A stretch of 64,000 nt of DNA from Yuukianura sp. NJ FZ-2021 (taxonomy: Eukaryota), in assembly GCA_046563655.1 (NCBI GenBank), contig CM102284.1, positions 8,122,001 through 8,186,000 on the forward strand, given 5' to 3'. The notes below the pieces were generated by a model, which ran no database searches, was not told the origin of the DNA, and saw only the letters and a list, made by a program, of their open reading frames with translations. This document shows, piece by piece, positions 12,101 through 57,064 of the stretch (its first letter is position 1; each line of letters starts with the position of its first letter). Position numbers and translations under genes: made by a program.

Positions 12101-15100
12101 TCCAGCCTTCGCTATTGGCAAAAGCACAACTTTTCCGGCCATGACTGTTCCTGCTGCTGCTCTTGGTCCTAGGAAAAGCAGCTCTGATACGACTATTACA
12201 ACCTCCGCAACTTCCGGTTTTGGTGCCAGTACTTTTGGAGCCACTGCGAATACTGCCAGTACTACTCCCTCTGCCAGCACTTTTGGAGCTACAACGATTC
12301 CCCCTGTGGCCACTGGCAGTTCTGCATTAGGAACCAAAACCTTCGGATTCGGAATCACTCCTACGAATACTGCGCCTGCTATCGTTTCTGCTCTTACTGG
12401 CAGTACTTCTTCTAAAACTGCTGGCCCCGCCCCTCTTACCGGGTTTGTACTCGGGACTACTAGCGCAACAACGACTGCTCCCGCCGTGATACCTGGCTTT
12501 GCTGCCAGCACTTTTAAAACTACTGCTCCTGCTGGTGGAACGGCAACTACTAAGGCTACTTCTGGAGCTATGACCACTCCAACAGTTATATCTGGTACAG
12601 GCAGTACTAAACCCACAACTCCCGCCTTTTTTGGAACTACTGCCAGTATTCCTACATTTGGAACAGGTACCAGCGTATTCGGAGGTACCACCATTACGCC
12701 AGTCGCCACTTCTGGTTTAGGTACCAACACAGTTGCAAGTTCGACTACTCCTGTAGTCACTTCTGGTTTAGGTACCACCAGTACATTTGGAAATACTACT
12801 ACTACTACTACTGATATTCCTAAAGTATCAGCCATTTCTGGTTTCGGTACCACGGGCAGCATTTTTGGAGCTCCTGTGACTCCACCCGTCACTCCTACTT
12901 TGGTACCTAAATTGTTTGGACCAGCTACAACTACTGCGCAATCCACCGTACCCGCCTTTGGCGGCAGCATTTTTGGAACTAAAAAAGATAGTACTGCCAG
13001 TACTCCTGTAGTCGCTTCTGCCTTAACTTCCAACACTTCCGGTACTGCTGTCACTACGACCCCGGTCGCCACTACTGCGTTTAGCAGCAGCATTTTTGCA
13101 ACTGCTGCTACTCCACCCGTCGCTTCTGGTTTGACTGCCAAAACTACTGGCACTACTGCTGCGAATTCTACTCCCACGGCTACTGCGACTCCAGTAATTG
13201 CGACTGGTACAAGCACAAGCACATTTGAAACAACAACTACTCCGGCAGTCACGTCTGCTCCTGCTGCCAGCATTTTTGGTACCGCAAGTACCCCTGGCGT
13301 TACGTCGGCTTTCGGCTCTACCTTCGGAAGTAAAGTTATTCCAGCTTCTACTACTTCTGGTTTTGGTACAACCACGTTCGGAACTCCTACAACTACTGCC
13401 AGTACTTCTGCATTTGGAGGAAGTACTTTTGGAACCACAACTGCTGCTGCTGCTCCAATCGCTTTCGGAACTCCGACAACTACTGCCGCGGTTTCTGGTT
13501 TTGGTAGCAGCATTTCTGGCACGACTGCTACTCCCTCTACTTTTGGCACACCAAGTACTGCCGCCAGTACTTCTGAGTTAAACAGCAGTTTTGGAACGAT
13601 TACTTCTCCTGGCAACAGTTTTTTGAACAGTACTTTGGGAACGACAACTTCATCTTCCGTCGCTTCTCCATTTGGAGCCAGTACTTTCGGAAGTACTGCT
13701 CCTACTGCTGCTGCCACTTCTGTCTTCGGCGGTACTACTTTCGGTACTACGACGACGACCGGTACTACTTTCGGTACTACGACCACTACCACCACTACTT
13801 CCGGTTTTGGCAGCACATTTGGAACTTCTGGAGGATTTCTTTCGGGTCTGGGATCTTCAGCTCCTACTGGCGGCGAAGTGAAAAACGTTTTTGGAGGAGG
13901 AGCTACGTTCGGTCAAAATACTTCATCAGCATCAAGTATGATATGCTGTTCAAATATTTTTTCAAAAATTTTGTTCAAAAATTGTGAATTCATTTTTTGG
14001 ATTTTTTTTTTTTGTGCAAAATAGATATTTTTGGTGGTGGGACAGCCGCGACTTCAACTCCATCCGCAGCAACCTTCAGTTTTGCTCCTAAATCCACAGG
14101 TTACTGTTCTTTTTAGGAATTGTGGAAATTATTGATTTTTTTTAAAGATGTAAAAATTTTGAAAAATTTTTTGATTAAAATTTTTAGCTGCTTCCGGTTT
14201 CGGTTCAACAACAAACACCTCATCAGTTTTCGGTGGGGCGCCTAGTTTCGGCACTGCTCCAGCTCCAACTGCTTGTGAGTAATTTTTTTTAATCCGAAAT
14301 TTTGAACAGTTTTTCATTTTTTGGAACAATTTTTAATTTTAAAGAAATTTTTTTCTCAATTTCAAGCAGCTTTTGGAGGAACTCCTGTTTTTGGAAGTGG
14401 CCCATTGTCTTCATTTTCAACATCTTCGGCTGGGACAGGAAATACTCCAATTTTTGGGGGTGGGGCACAATCAGCAGTGGGATTTGGACAACTAGCACAA
14501 CAAAGCTCAACTTCCGGTGGGTTCGGGGGTGGCTCTGTTTTTGGTGGCTCGACATTTGGCAGTCCCGGAGCAACGGCCACCAGTACTGGATCAATTTTTG
14601 GTGGGACCGCCGGATTCGGACAGAATACTTCTGGAAGTGCCTTTGGAGGTGGAGATGGATCGAATACTTTTGGAGCAACTTCGACATTTGGAGCCACGTC
14701 GCCATCAATTTTTGGTGGGGCACAATCTCCCCAAGCAGCAAGTCCTTTTGGAGGTGGTGGGGCCAGTGGAATTTTTGGTGGCACCCAAACTCCTCAGCAA
14801 AGCAGTCCTTTCGGTGGTGGGACCAGTGGAGGCGGAATTTTTGGTGGGGCTCCTCAACCGGGTCAGCAAGCGAGTCCTTTCGGAGGTGGTGGGACTTCTG
14901 GAGGTGGAATTTTTGGTGGGGCACAATCTCCTCAAGCTGCAAGTCCCTTTGGAGGTGGTGGGACCAGTGGAGGTGGGATTTTTGGTGGGACGACGTCAAC
15001 TTTTGGATCTCCGAGTGGTTTCGGCCAAACTGCTGCTCCGCAAGGTGGAACTATGTTTGGAAGTGGGGCTCCAAGTGCCTTTGGAGGTGGGACTGCATTT

Positions 15101-15283
15101 GGCGGTGGTGGGACCGGATTTAGTTCGTTTTCTGGTCAACCACAGTCGCAACAACCTGCTCAGCCCACGCCTTCATTCGGGTAAGATATTTTTTTCAAAA
15201 TTTTATGAAAATTTTGTTCAAAATTTTAAATTTTGATTTTGGATTTTGGTTTTAGTGGAAGTTCGTTTTCATCTTGGCGCTGA
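9154..15283 (+). CDS. Nup214: Nuclear pore complex protein Nup214/CAN-like FG nucleoporin, multi-exon
   Basis: N-terminal beta-propeller-like exons (CFSPKGKQLCVG), central coiled-coil-like exons (~10970-11800), long T/S/A/P-rich and FG-repeat region (11900-15180), and C-terminus GGSSFSSWR* like the Nup214 terminal motif. First micro-exon 9154-9174 (MKPQAIQ) is inferred. Confidence 0.85.
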
Positions 15284-15941
15284 CCCCAAGGACTCGAATT
15301 TTGAAATTTTAAAAACTATCGATTTTTGACACTGAATTTTTTGTCCATTAAATTTTTTGATGCAGTCCCAGATATTTTGTAAGTTCTAATAAAAATCTAA
15401 CTTTTTCCTGAAAAAGAATTAGGCAAGTGTAATCGTTTACTCTCGAGTGAATTCTGCTCTTAACCTAATATTTAAATAATTTAATACAATTTATATAATA
15501 TTACATTAATATAATTTAATACAATATTATATTAATATAATTTATGTATTATTACTTGAATTCAACATAATTTCATGATTTATCCCATTCGAACTGAAAA
15601 GGAGAAGATCTCAAGTGTATCTCAGAGAGTTGTCTCTCATTCTTTACATCTTCAGGTACATAATCAAAAATATACGTTGGGAGTAGGTTGAAATTGACCT
15701 TATTTTTTCTTTTTTGATTTCAGAACATCGAGATGAACAACATGAAATGACACGCAGAAATCGGAATGAAGATTTTAGTTTTGGAGAAAGCAAAGAGAAA
15801 TCACAAATTCACATCACGGCTTCTCTAACTTAGTATGGAATTGGTGACTTTGAATGTGTCGTCGGTGGGTGCTGTTCAACTTAAAGTTGAGTAGTTTGGT
15901 GGGTCTCTGTGCTTATTATTTGGTGGGGCCGATGGTGGGTC

Positions 15942-41639
<25,698 letters not shown>

Positions 41640-44401
41640 TCAACTGAACTTTCTTTTCGTCACTTTTTATTAATTCAAATCATATTTTTTTGGAAAAACT
41701 TTTCAAACTGTTTGAATCCTCTCCAATTTGTTTCCAAAGTGCACAAACTTTTGTCCAATTCATTTTTCAACACAAACTTTCTCCCTTATACCGAAGTGTC
41801 CCGAAGCAATCAAAATTTTAAAAGGAACAAATTTCAAAGTTTTTTGAACTTTAACAATCAATAGCTTTTTGGAATGATTGATTGTGTAATTTGTAACAAG
41901 AGTTTTGACTCAATTGCAAAAATCTAATTTCAAAAAAACTGTTTAAAAAACTGTTTTCAAAAATGGAATGTTTGACACTTTTGAAAGTTGAAGTCCCGAA
42001 GAACAAACTGTTGCTTTCCCTAGTGAGGATTTTGACACTTCAAAAACAGTAAAAAGGGTTGAATTTTTTACAATTCTAGTAAACTTTTTTTTTTTGTTTT
42101 TGAGTATGAAACTTTCCTTATGGCAAAAACAGTTTTTTTAGTGAAAAGTGGACAAAATGTGACTGTTCTGCTTGGTTTTAGTGAGACTACTGGTTGCTCT
42201 TGTTCAAGTTGTTCTTCTGTTCCGTGCCAAAAGGAATCCCTCCCACCCTTTATACTTTTTGCACAGGGAACTCCGAAATTCGGTGAAAACAGAAAACGCC
42301 GGGCATTGCGCCGACTCCGACTCGCGTCCAGAAGAGCCTCCTCAAATCAATCTCTGCCTCGTTCCAAACCTTTCCAGCACCACACTAACATCATTCCACT
42401 TTCCATCATCATCATCAAATTCACTACGGAAATCACACGGAGACAAAAAAATCACATAAAAAATATTTTCAAAATTCAGTACAACTTTTTAACTTTTTTA
42501 TGTAAAAAAAACAGTTCCAAATAAATTACAACTTTCTCCAACTTTCACCCATCTTTTACCTATGCATGGCATACTAAATTTTTTTAAAATTTCAACTGGC
42601 GTACAAATTATGCAATGAAAAAATCAAAAAAAAAAAAAAGAAAAGCAGAGTCGCATTGTGGTAATTTGTGCCTGAAAATGGTTAAAAACGTCAAAATCTG
42701 TATAAAAGCATACTTTTTCATGTTGTGATGAAACGAAGTCAGCGACCTCATCGTTCACGTCAACTTGCATATTAGTTTTGTAATTAGAAATCTTTTGTCT
42801 TTTTGTAAAATGTAAACTAGAAACCAGATTGTACTAGTTTGGTCATTGACCTAGTGTGCAAAATTAGACTGATGTTTGCCAACATGTTAATTTGGAGTAG
42901 GATTCCCTCTTGTTTTACTCCTCGTAGTTTCCGGCTGGGGCCCTATAAAAGGACCCAGCCCTGCCTGTACAAATGGACATTCTGTTTTCTTGACTCTGGC
43001 CGCTTGGACAGAGTTCAACTTTACTACTCGCGGTTTGACCTCTGCGAGGTCAAACTGCCTTTTCATTTTTCTTTTTATTTTGAATAAAAAAGTTCATTTC
43101 TACCTTCCACCACGGAAGGCAAAACAAACTTTGTAGTGTGTGTCTTTTTCTTTTAGGCCTGAAAGGCCTATTTCACTACAATGTAAAAAGTGACATAAAA
43201 ATGATAACTAAAACTAGTTTTTGGTTGGTTCAATCTAGAAAAGTTGGTGAAACACAAAAAAAATTAATTAAAAAGGAAGATCCCCCGCTTTCGTTCCATT
43301 TCATAACAAAGTTAGTCGGTTTGGTCCATCGAACCATGTGATGATGATGGTTCTCTGTTCGCTCGTGTGTCACTTCCACTGCGTCTTACGTAAAACACTA
43401 CAGAAAAAAAACACCCGAGCAGAAAACACTGAAGGAAAAACACCGAGGAAAAAACACTGAAGAGAAAACACAATCATTTTCATCTTCGTCTTCTGCCCAC
43501 CCTTGAAGTGCTAATGAAAACCCAGAAAAGCACTCTGCTCTTCACAACTTTGTTCAGCCTGCTGTGACCTCTCTTCTTAATCCTCATCATCTACAAATAA
43601 AATTACGAAAAAGATCAAAAAACTTTATCAAAATTTCCAACTTTGAGCAACTCCGAAAGTTCCTCAACAGTACAAAAGCTAACAAATTAGTAGACTGAAT
43701 GAAATCAAAAGAAGAAAAGAGAGCTCTGCTTACCTTGAAATTCCTTAGAATTCATTAGACAAATCAAAAAAGAGAGAAAGTCAAAAATTTGGGCAAAAGT
43801 TTTCAAAATTTTCAGTTTTGGTGAAAATTGTCTAGTAAAATGGGTCTCATCAAGGAAGTTTAGTTTTTTGGACTTTCTCTGCTTGGAAATAACTTTTTCC
43901 AAATGAGCAGAAAAGGCATTAGAGTTAGCACTAGATACGATGTGGTCTAAAACTTTTTTTCTTTCATTTTTTCTTTGTAATTACGTCTGTTTCACATCTT
44001 GTCTATTTTTTTTATTGAGGAGAAAGTCTGAGTTCAGCAGAAAAAGTTTGCAAGTCAGCAGAGCAACGGATGTTGCTCCATCATTTTATGATTATAAAAA
44101 GAAAACGAAAAAAAAGCAAGGTCAGGGTTCACTTCTGGCCTGATTTCCGAAAAAAAAGAACGTTTTTGAAAAAAAAATGAAGTTTTTTTAAAAAAAATTT
44201 TTGAAAAGAAAGTTCGAAAATTCAAAAAGTCATGTGAACGTAACATTCCATTTCTGTTTCGAAATTCCACAACACCGAAACAATTTTGGATTTTAATTTT
44301 CCTTTTTTATTTTGAGAGATGTTTCTTCTGCTTACTTCTAACTTCAAAAAAAGTGTTTTTGAAATTTTGAAGTTTAGAAATTTTGAAAACCATTTTGGAA
44401 A

Positions 44402-47226
44402 ATGATGCGAGTAAAGTCTCATAGCATGGACTGCATGCATTTGGAGTCAATGTACTACTGCATGTCACTGCAGAACACGCTAACCCTCATAGGCTTGTTT
44501 GGCTACGCGGATGCTCACGGCTACTTTTCACTCAACGGTTCAATCTTTCTCTTTTTTAAAAATTCCAAAATTGCTTCTTCTTTTTTTTTGAAATTTTGAA
44601 ATTTTGAAAATTTGACAGACATTCAATTTTGGGGATTGATGTACAATCTAACTGACATGTCAATAGAGACCATGGAATCCTACTTTTTCAAAATGGACTG
44701 TGACTATACAGGAGAAATGAATTTTGTGGAATTCCAACTGCTCTGTTGCTGCATCATTGCTGCCAAGGTTTTCAAAATTGAAATTCAAAATTTCAAAAGT
44801 TTCAAAATTTTGAAAATTTAGGACAGGGTGACTAAAGAGTTCATGATGCGACACCTCAAGACTCTTACGTCAATTCAAGACACTGGGAAACACAACTACT
44901 TGCCTCTACGGGACTTTGTTAAAATCGGGGCTTTGATGGGCTGGAACCTCGGGACGCTGGATAGACTTTTCATGTACTGGGACAGGAAACTGGAACTGGA
45001 GAGAAACAGGATCAGGACAGACAGGGCCATGGTTCAACTCAATTCATATAAAATTTTATATTAATTAATAGAAATTAATTAATTTAGAATATTACTTACT
45101 ATAGACGCTGATTATATTTGCAATTGAGCATGAAAATGCAACGCATGCCAGGAGACGCGTCACGGCCGTCAGGCAGTTCAAACGTCGGTGGCTTCTGGGC
45201 ATGGAGGATATCATCACGGACTACTTCGCATTTGACGTTAGTTGACCTCGACGTCAAAATTTTGACGTTTGGCGTTGACGTCAAAATTTTGACGTTTGGC
45301 GTTGACGTCAAAAATTTGACGCTTGACGATTACGTAAATATGTTGGCGTAAATATATGGACACCAAAATGTTGAGGTTTGACGTCGACGTAAAGTGTTGA
45401 TGTCAAATTTTTGACGTTTTACAACAACGCCAAAAAGTTGAGTTTCGATGATGTTTCGTTATCAAATTTACGTTTGACGGTGACGTCAATAAGTTTACGC
45501 TTGGCGTTTTCGTCAGAATGTTGACGTTGACGTAAAAATGATAACGTCGACGTAAAAATGTTGACGTTGACGTAAAAATGATAACTTTGACGTACAAATT
45601 TTGACGTTGACGTAAAAATGATAACGTCGACGTAAAAATGTTGATGCTTTCGTTAGCGCAAAAAATTGCCTTTCGAGATTTATTTTCGATTGATCTTGAC
45701 GTAAAGAAGGCGACTTTTGACGTTTTGACGTCAATTGACCTTGGAACTTGACGTTTTCCGTTTTGACGTCAATTGACCTTTGAACTTGACGTTTTCCGTT
45801 TTGACGTCGATTGACCTTTGAACTTGACGTTTTCCGTTTTGACGTCAATTGACCTTTGAAGTTGACGTTTTCCGTTTTGACGTCAATTGACCTTTGAGCT
45901 TGACGTTTTCCGTTTTGACGTCAATTGACCTTTGAAGTTGACGTTTTCCGTTTTGACGTCAATTGACCTTTGAACTTGACGTTTTCCGTTTTGACGTCAA
46001 TTGACCTTTGAACTTGACGTTTTCCGTTTTGACGTCAATTGACCTTTGAGCTTGACGTTTTCCGTTTTGACGTCAATTGACCTTTGAGCTTGACGTTTTC
46101 AGGCCCTTCCAGCTCCACCAGTTCTGTGGGAGAGGATGACCGAAACGAAACCGCCAACTATGAAAGCCATGAAGGAAACCAAAGAAGCTCGCGGATGCTG
46201 CGAATATTGTTTTTTCGCGTGCTGCGTCTTCATCATCCTTCCTTGGTTTCTCACGTTCTGTCTCTTCTGGTTTCTCTGGAAAGAAGTCCCTTGGTTCCGT
46301 TCCGGACTTATCAAAACCCGGGATGCCCTGCTCTGCCGTCCATGCCGTCCAGCCGTCCACAACTTCCTGGAGAGACACCGTCCATCCGAAGACAAAACCA
46401 AGAAAGTTCGGATTCCGCCCGATTCGTCCATTTTCTACAACCGAAACCGTGCCGGAGCCAAAAAAGTTGCGAAGTTTCGGTATTTGCAGAAACAGAGAGA
46501 GACTCAAGGGCTCTTTGCCAGAATCGATCCTTGGCAGAATAGTTGGCTAAGGGCTCAGTTGCACTTAGAGAGACTAGAAAAGCAACTACTGCGCAATCGC
46601 TTGAGAGATGGAGCCAAGCATGAGATGATACTGGACGATACTTACGGAGTGACAGCAGTGTACTGGAAGCGATATGTGGCCAAACCCAAGAAGGAATTGA
46701 CTTATAAGAAAGTCAATCCAGATGATTATCTCCGCCCACCAAAAGTTGAATCGCAACTTCCGGTCAATACTGACGACATTTTGCAATCCAAGTATCCCGC
46801 AGCATTTTTCAAAAAGTACAGTCCCGAGGAAATACTGGTCGCTGAACATGAAGTGAGAGAAGAAGAGTTTCGACTTAGCCAAGGCGAAGGAGAGAAACGG
46901 AAGCGCCGGTGAGCCCATCCGAACTAACGTTTTCAAAAAGTTTTTTGAAAATTTTCTCAAAAATTGTGTTTTTTTTTTTTTTAAATATTTTTGTTTTCAG
47001 TGCCGTACGTGAAACCGTGATGGGCGTGACCCGAAGCAAGCAGCGTGACCTCAACATTCAGCGTCAACTGCAGAAGCGTCGAGAGCTAGAAAACAGAAAA
47101 ACGGAAGAAGACGCTGAAAAACGGCCAGTTTCAAAATCAGCGTCAAAATCTGCAACGACGTCGGCGCTTCTGACGTCAATGAAAGCGCGAAAAAAGTTTT
47201 CGAAAAAGAAACGTTCCAAGAAATAA
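44402..47226 (+). CDS. EFCAB9-like: EFCAB9-like EF-hand protein with predicted C-terminal extension (Cys-rich TM segment and basic tail), ~552 aa
   Basis: Exons 44402-44537, 44619-44767, 44822-45031, 45105-45236, 46103-46908, 47001-47226 total 1659 nt, phase-consistent and GT-AG. N-terminal MRVK..HLESMYYCMSLQN..LFGYADAHGYFSLNDIQFWGLMYNLTDM..FFKMDCDYTGEMNFVEFQLLCCCIIA..EFMMRH parallels the EFCAB9 pattern as I recall it. Joining exons 4 and 5 is inferred. Confidence 0.7.
45237..46102. repeat. Intron filled with GACGTC/TGACGT-rich tandem arrays (27-bp x3, ~20/40-bp, 38-bp x10)
   Basis: The 38-bp unit CTTGACGTTTTCCGTTTTGACGTCAATTGACCTTTGAA has GACGTC at 45727, 45765, 45803 ... 46069. The 27-bp units have GACGTC at 45250, 45277, 45304. 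Confidence 0.95.
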
Positions 47227-47531
47227 ATTTCACAAAAACCAAAAACATTGTACAATTTTATTAAGTTCATAAACTACTGGCTACGTCCTGCTGAGAGACA
47301 AATCTGAAACAAATTTCAAAATTTTGAGAAAAAAACTAAACTTTTTTTTTGTTTTTTTTTTTTGAAAATTTTAAATTAATTTCCTAAACCTTCTACACTA
47401 ACCAACAAGGTTGTGTTTACAGTGAATCAAAAGAGATAAATTACAATGAAAACAAAAACTGAAAAGAAAATATTGAAACAGCATAAATCGCTGGAAAATC
47501 AGCGTAGATCGCTTCAAAATCAGCGTCGGCT

Positions 47532-54497
<6,966 letters not shown>

Positions 54498-55335
54498 CTT
54501 GTAAAGTGTCCACTCTACAGCTTATCGTCCTTTTCCTCTACCCCTTAAGGGGTACCCCTTCTTAGGAACCTAATCAATCAATCACATAAATTGTTGTAAA
54601 CCACACCCTTAAAAATTAGAATTGCAACAAATTTAACATGATTTTAATGATTTTAATTTATTCAATTACTATAATACAAATTTACAAAAGCATGCAAGCA
54701 GAAGCAGCTGAGGCGCCGATCGATCAGAGACAAAAAAGAGGCACTGAACGAAAAGTACGAAAAAATCCTACAATTACCTCCCGAGTACTGCCAAAAGTAG
54801 TATCAGCGTTTTCAGGAAGAGTTCCTCTATCGATTTCAAGTTGATTCCAGTGACCAAGGTTAGTTAATTGATGATTAAAATTGATTAATCAGGGAGCCTG
54901 TCTGCAGTAGATGTCCATTTGGAGAGAGTGTGCCAGAGAGTGGCCTGCTCTTGGAAGAGGGAGTGAATGGCGGACAGCTTCTCTCCTCTGCACCTCATCG
55001 TACAATCGACTGAATCCAAAACGAAAACATGAAGAAAGAGAGGCAAACACATCCACAACTCCCACTCCAATCTCCCTCGACCCCCTGAAAAAAGTTTCTA
55101 CGGCGCACAACCACTACTTTGGCACAAGTACCGTAAGTCTTTACCGTAAGTATACGATTAGTGCCGGGCTTCTTTACAAAATGAAAATGGATTACCTAGT
55201 CGATAAGCAGCGTTTAATCAGATTTTAAACGATTTGTGTTATTCTAGGGCACAATAGTTATCTAAAAGACGTTTATCTAACGTTTAGTACAAAATTTTCT
55301 GGAGCTTGAAGGAATCTTGACGTTATGCGGCCAGT

Positions 55336-55940
55336 TTAGTATGGATGTGGCTTCTTAGGTCGTTCAGGGTCACAGATCTTGGGGTCCTTGAGGAAGTCAG
55401 GTTCTTTCAAGTAGAAGGCCATGAACCCTACGAAGGTCAAACGAAAGTTATACGTTTTTTAGTAAATGAATCCGGTGAAGTTAGTCTAAAGCTTACCAAA
55501 GGTTCGTGCCTTGTTGATTTCTATGACTACTCTGTCATGCATCTCTTTACAGAGTCCAGTGACATGTCGCTGGTAGGTTTGGCCGGTGTAAGGTGACACA
55601 AATTGATATAACAGCTTGACGTTTTTGTAATTAGGAGTTATGTTGTGTTCGCAGAGGATGCACTTGCGCTCCAACTTCTCGTAGGGATTGGCCATGCTTG
55701 TTGGCTAAAAAAAATCAACATAAGTTATTAAGGAGTAAATTAAAATGTGATAAGGTTTGATTGATGACTTACAAGATCGGCCTTTCGTTCCTGCAAGACC
55801 TTCTGGAGGACACGGTCATTGTCGTCGTACACTGGCTGCGGATGCTCCGTACTTGCTGTCTTGAACCCCCTTGACTTTGATACAATGACCTGGAAAGTGG
55901 ATGGTCGCCAAATTCTAGTACTGAAACCGATTGACATCAT
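55336..55940 (-). CDS. mRpS18C: Mitochondrial ribosomal protein S18C, 3 exons
   Basis: Exons ~55940-55773, ~55704-55497, ~55427-55336. R/S/T-rich presequence-like N-terminus; MANPYEK..CILC..NYKNVKLLYQFVSPYTGQTYQRHVTGLC..EINKARTFGFMAFYLKEPDFLKDPKICDP. Confidence 0.92.
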
Positions 55941-56339
55941 CTTCTCATTTGTTATGTCGCCGTCCGTCCTTATCTTATGTCCCCTTGTGTGGTCCGATTC
56001 TGAGTCAGTGCCGTTTTGTACGCGATAAACGTTTCGTTCCGGTACAGTTATATTTGTTTACAAAAATTTCCTCTTTTTCGGTTTCGCGAGGCAGATGTCG
56101 GCAATTTCTCAAGTTCTCTGGAGCACAGTATAAAAGGGTGAGTGTATCTACTCGGGGATCCCAATAGAAAGGATAAAATACAGTTTTAAATACTTGGCAA
56201 GGAAAATATTTTGAAGTCTGAATAGACTTAAAAATTCGACACGGATAAGATTTTATAGTTTAAATAGACTTTCCAAAAATTCAGCAAGGATAAAATTTTG
56301 TAGAAAGTTTGAAGTGACTTGTCAAAATTTGACAGGGAT

Positions 56340-56527
56340 AAAAGGACATGTCCGGATAAGCTTAAGAAAGAGATGGGAGCTGGGCCCAATGGGAGTTTTG
56401 CATGGTGTGGGATAGGAGAAGTTACATGGTGATTTGCTCCCATTCATTTCTCTCATCTCAACTCCTATCTCACGCAATGCAAGGCTTCGCGAGGGCCCAG
56501 AAATCTCTTATCCGGACATGTCCTTTT
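56340..56527. mobile_element. MITE-like hairpin element with perfect 21-bp TIRs
   Basis: AAAAGGACATGTCCGGATAAG (56340-56360) and its exact reverse complement (56507-56527), plus internal inverted motifs (CTGGGCCC/GGGCCCAG, GATAGGAG/CTCCTATC). Confidence 0.6.
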
Positions 56528-56552
56528 GTAGTCTGAATAGATACAGAGAAGG

Positions 56553-56706
56553 TTCCAACTTAAAAAATGGGCAAAATCCACCCATTTGCCATTTCGGTTT
56601 TATTTTGTCAATGACAATTGGACCTCGAGTAAGGAAATTTTCTTAACTCCGCTCCTTTTGTGAAATTGCCATTTGTTTTGTATTTTGCCCATTTTATAAG
56701 TTGGAA
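56553..56706. mobile_element. MITE-like element with ~25-bp TIRs
   Basis: TTCCAACTTAAAAAATGGGCAAAAT ... ATTTTGCCCATTTTATAAGTTGGAA. Confidence 0.6.
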
Positions 56707-56717
56707 TGTCAGAATAA

Positions 56718-57064
56718 ATTCGGCAAAACGGCGCTTCGATTTTTTACGATTAAAATATCATTTTATATCAATTTTTGGGCGTAGATTCCGAATCTAAAAT
56801 CTGTTTTGGCGGTCGCACCTCCTTCCTGGTAAGATTAATTAATTAAGATTTTAATTAGCACTGTGTGCATTTCACATGCAGAATGAGTGTGTAACCAATG
56901 GAGATTCGAATTTATTGTATGCTAACCAAACCTATTCTGTATAGCAAATTCACACTGTTAATTAAAATCTTAATTAATTAACCTTACCAAAATGAATTTA
57001 TGCCCAAAAATTGATATAAAACAACATTTTAATTGTAAAATATAGAAGCGTCGTTTTGCCGAAT
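56718..57064. mobile_element. Foldback/MITE-like element with long imperfect inverted arms (>100 bp)
   Basis: ATTCGGCAAAACGGCGCTTC..TTTTATATCAATTTTTGGGC..GGTAAGATTAATTAATTAAGATTTTAATTA on the left mirrors TAATTAAAATCTTAATTAATTAACCTTACC..GCCCAAAAATTGATATAAAA..GAAGCGTCGTTTTGCCGAAT on the right. Confidence 0.75.

Noticed and set aside
11828-13816. 662-aa Val-rich antisense ORF
   Set aside because: Shadow of the Thr/Ala/Gly-rich Nup214 exon (ACT codon bias gives antisense Val codons and few stops).
14289-15236. Overlapping Trp-, His- and Leu-rich ORFs in alternative frames
   Set aside because: Off-frame readings of the Gly/Phe-rich Nup214 FG exon.
43338-43435. C/D-box snoRNA (GTGATGA ... CTGA)
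   Set aside because: Very weak terminal stem and no identifiable guide; not supportable by eye.
45718-46100. 38-bp repeats as a CRISPR array
   Set aside because: Head-to-tail units without unique spacers.
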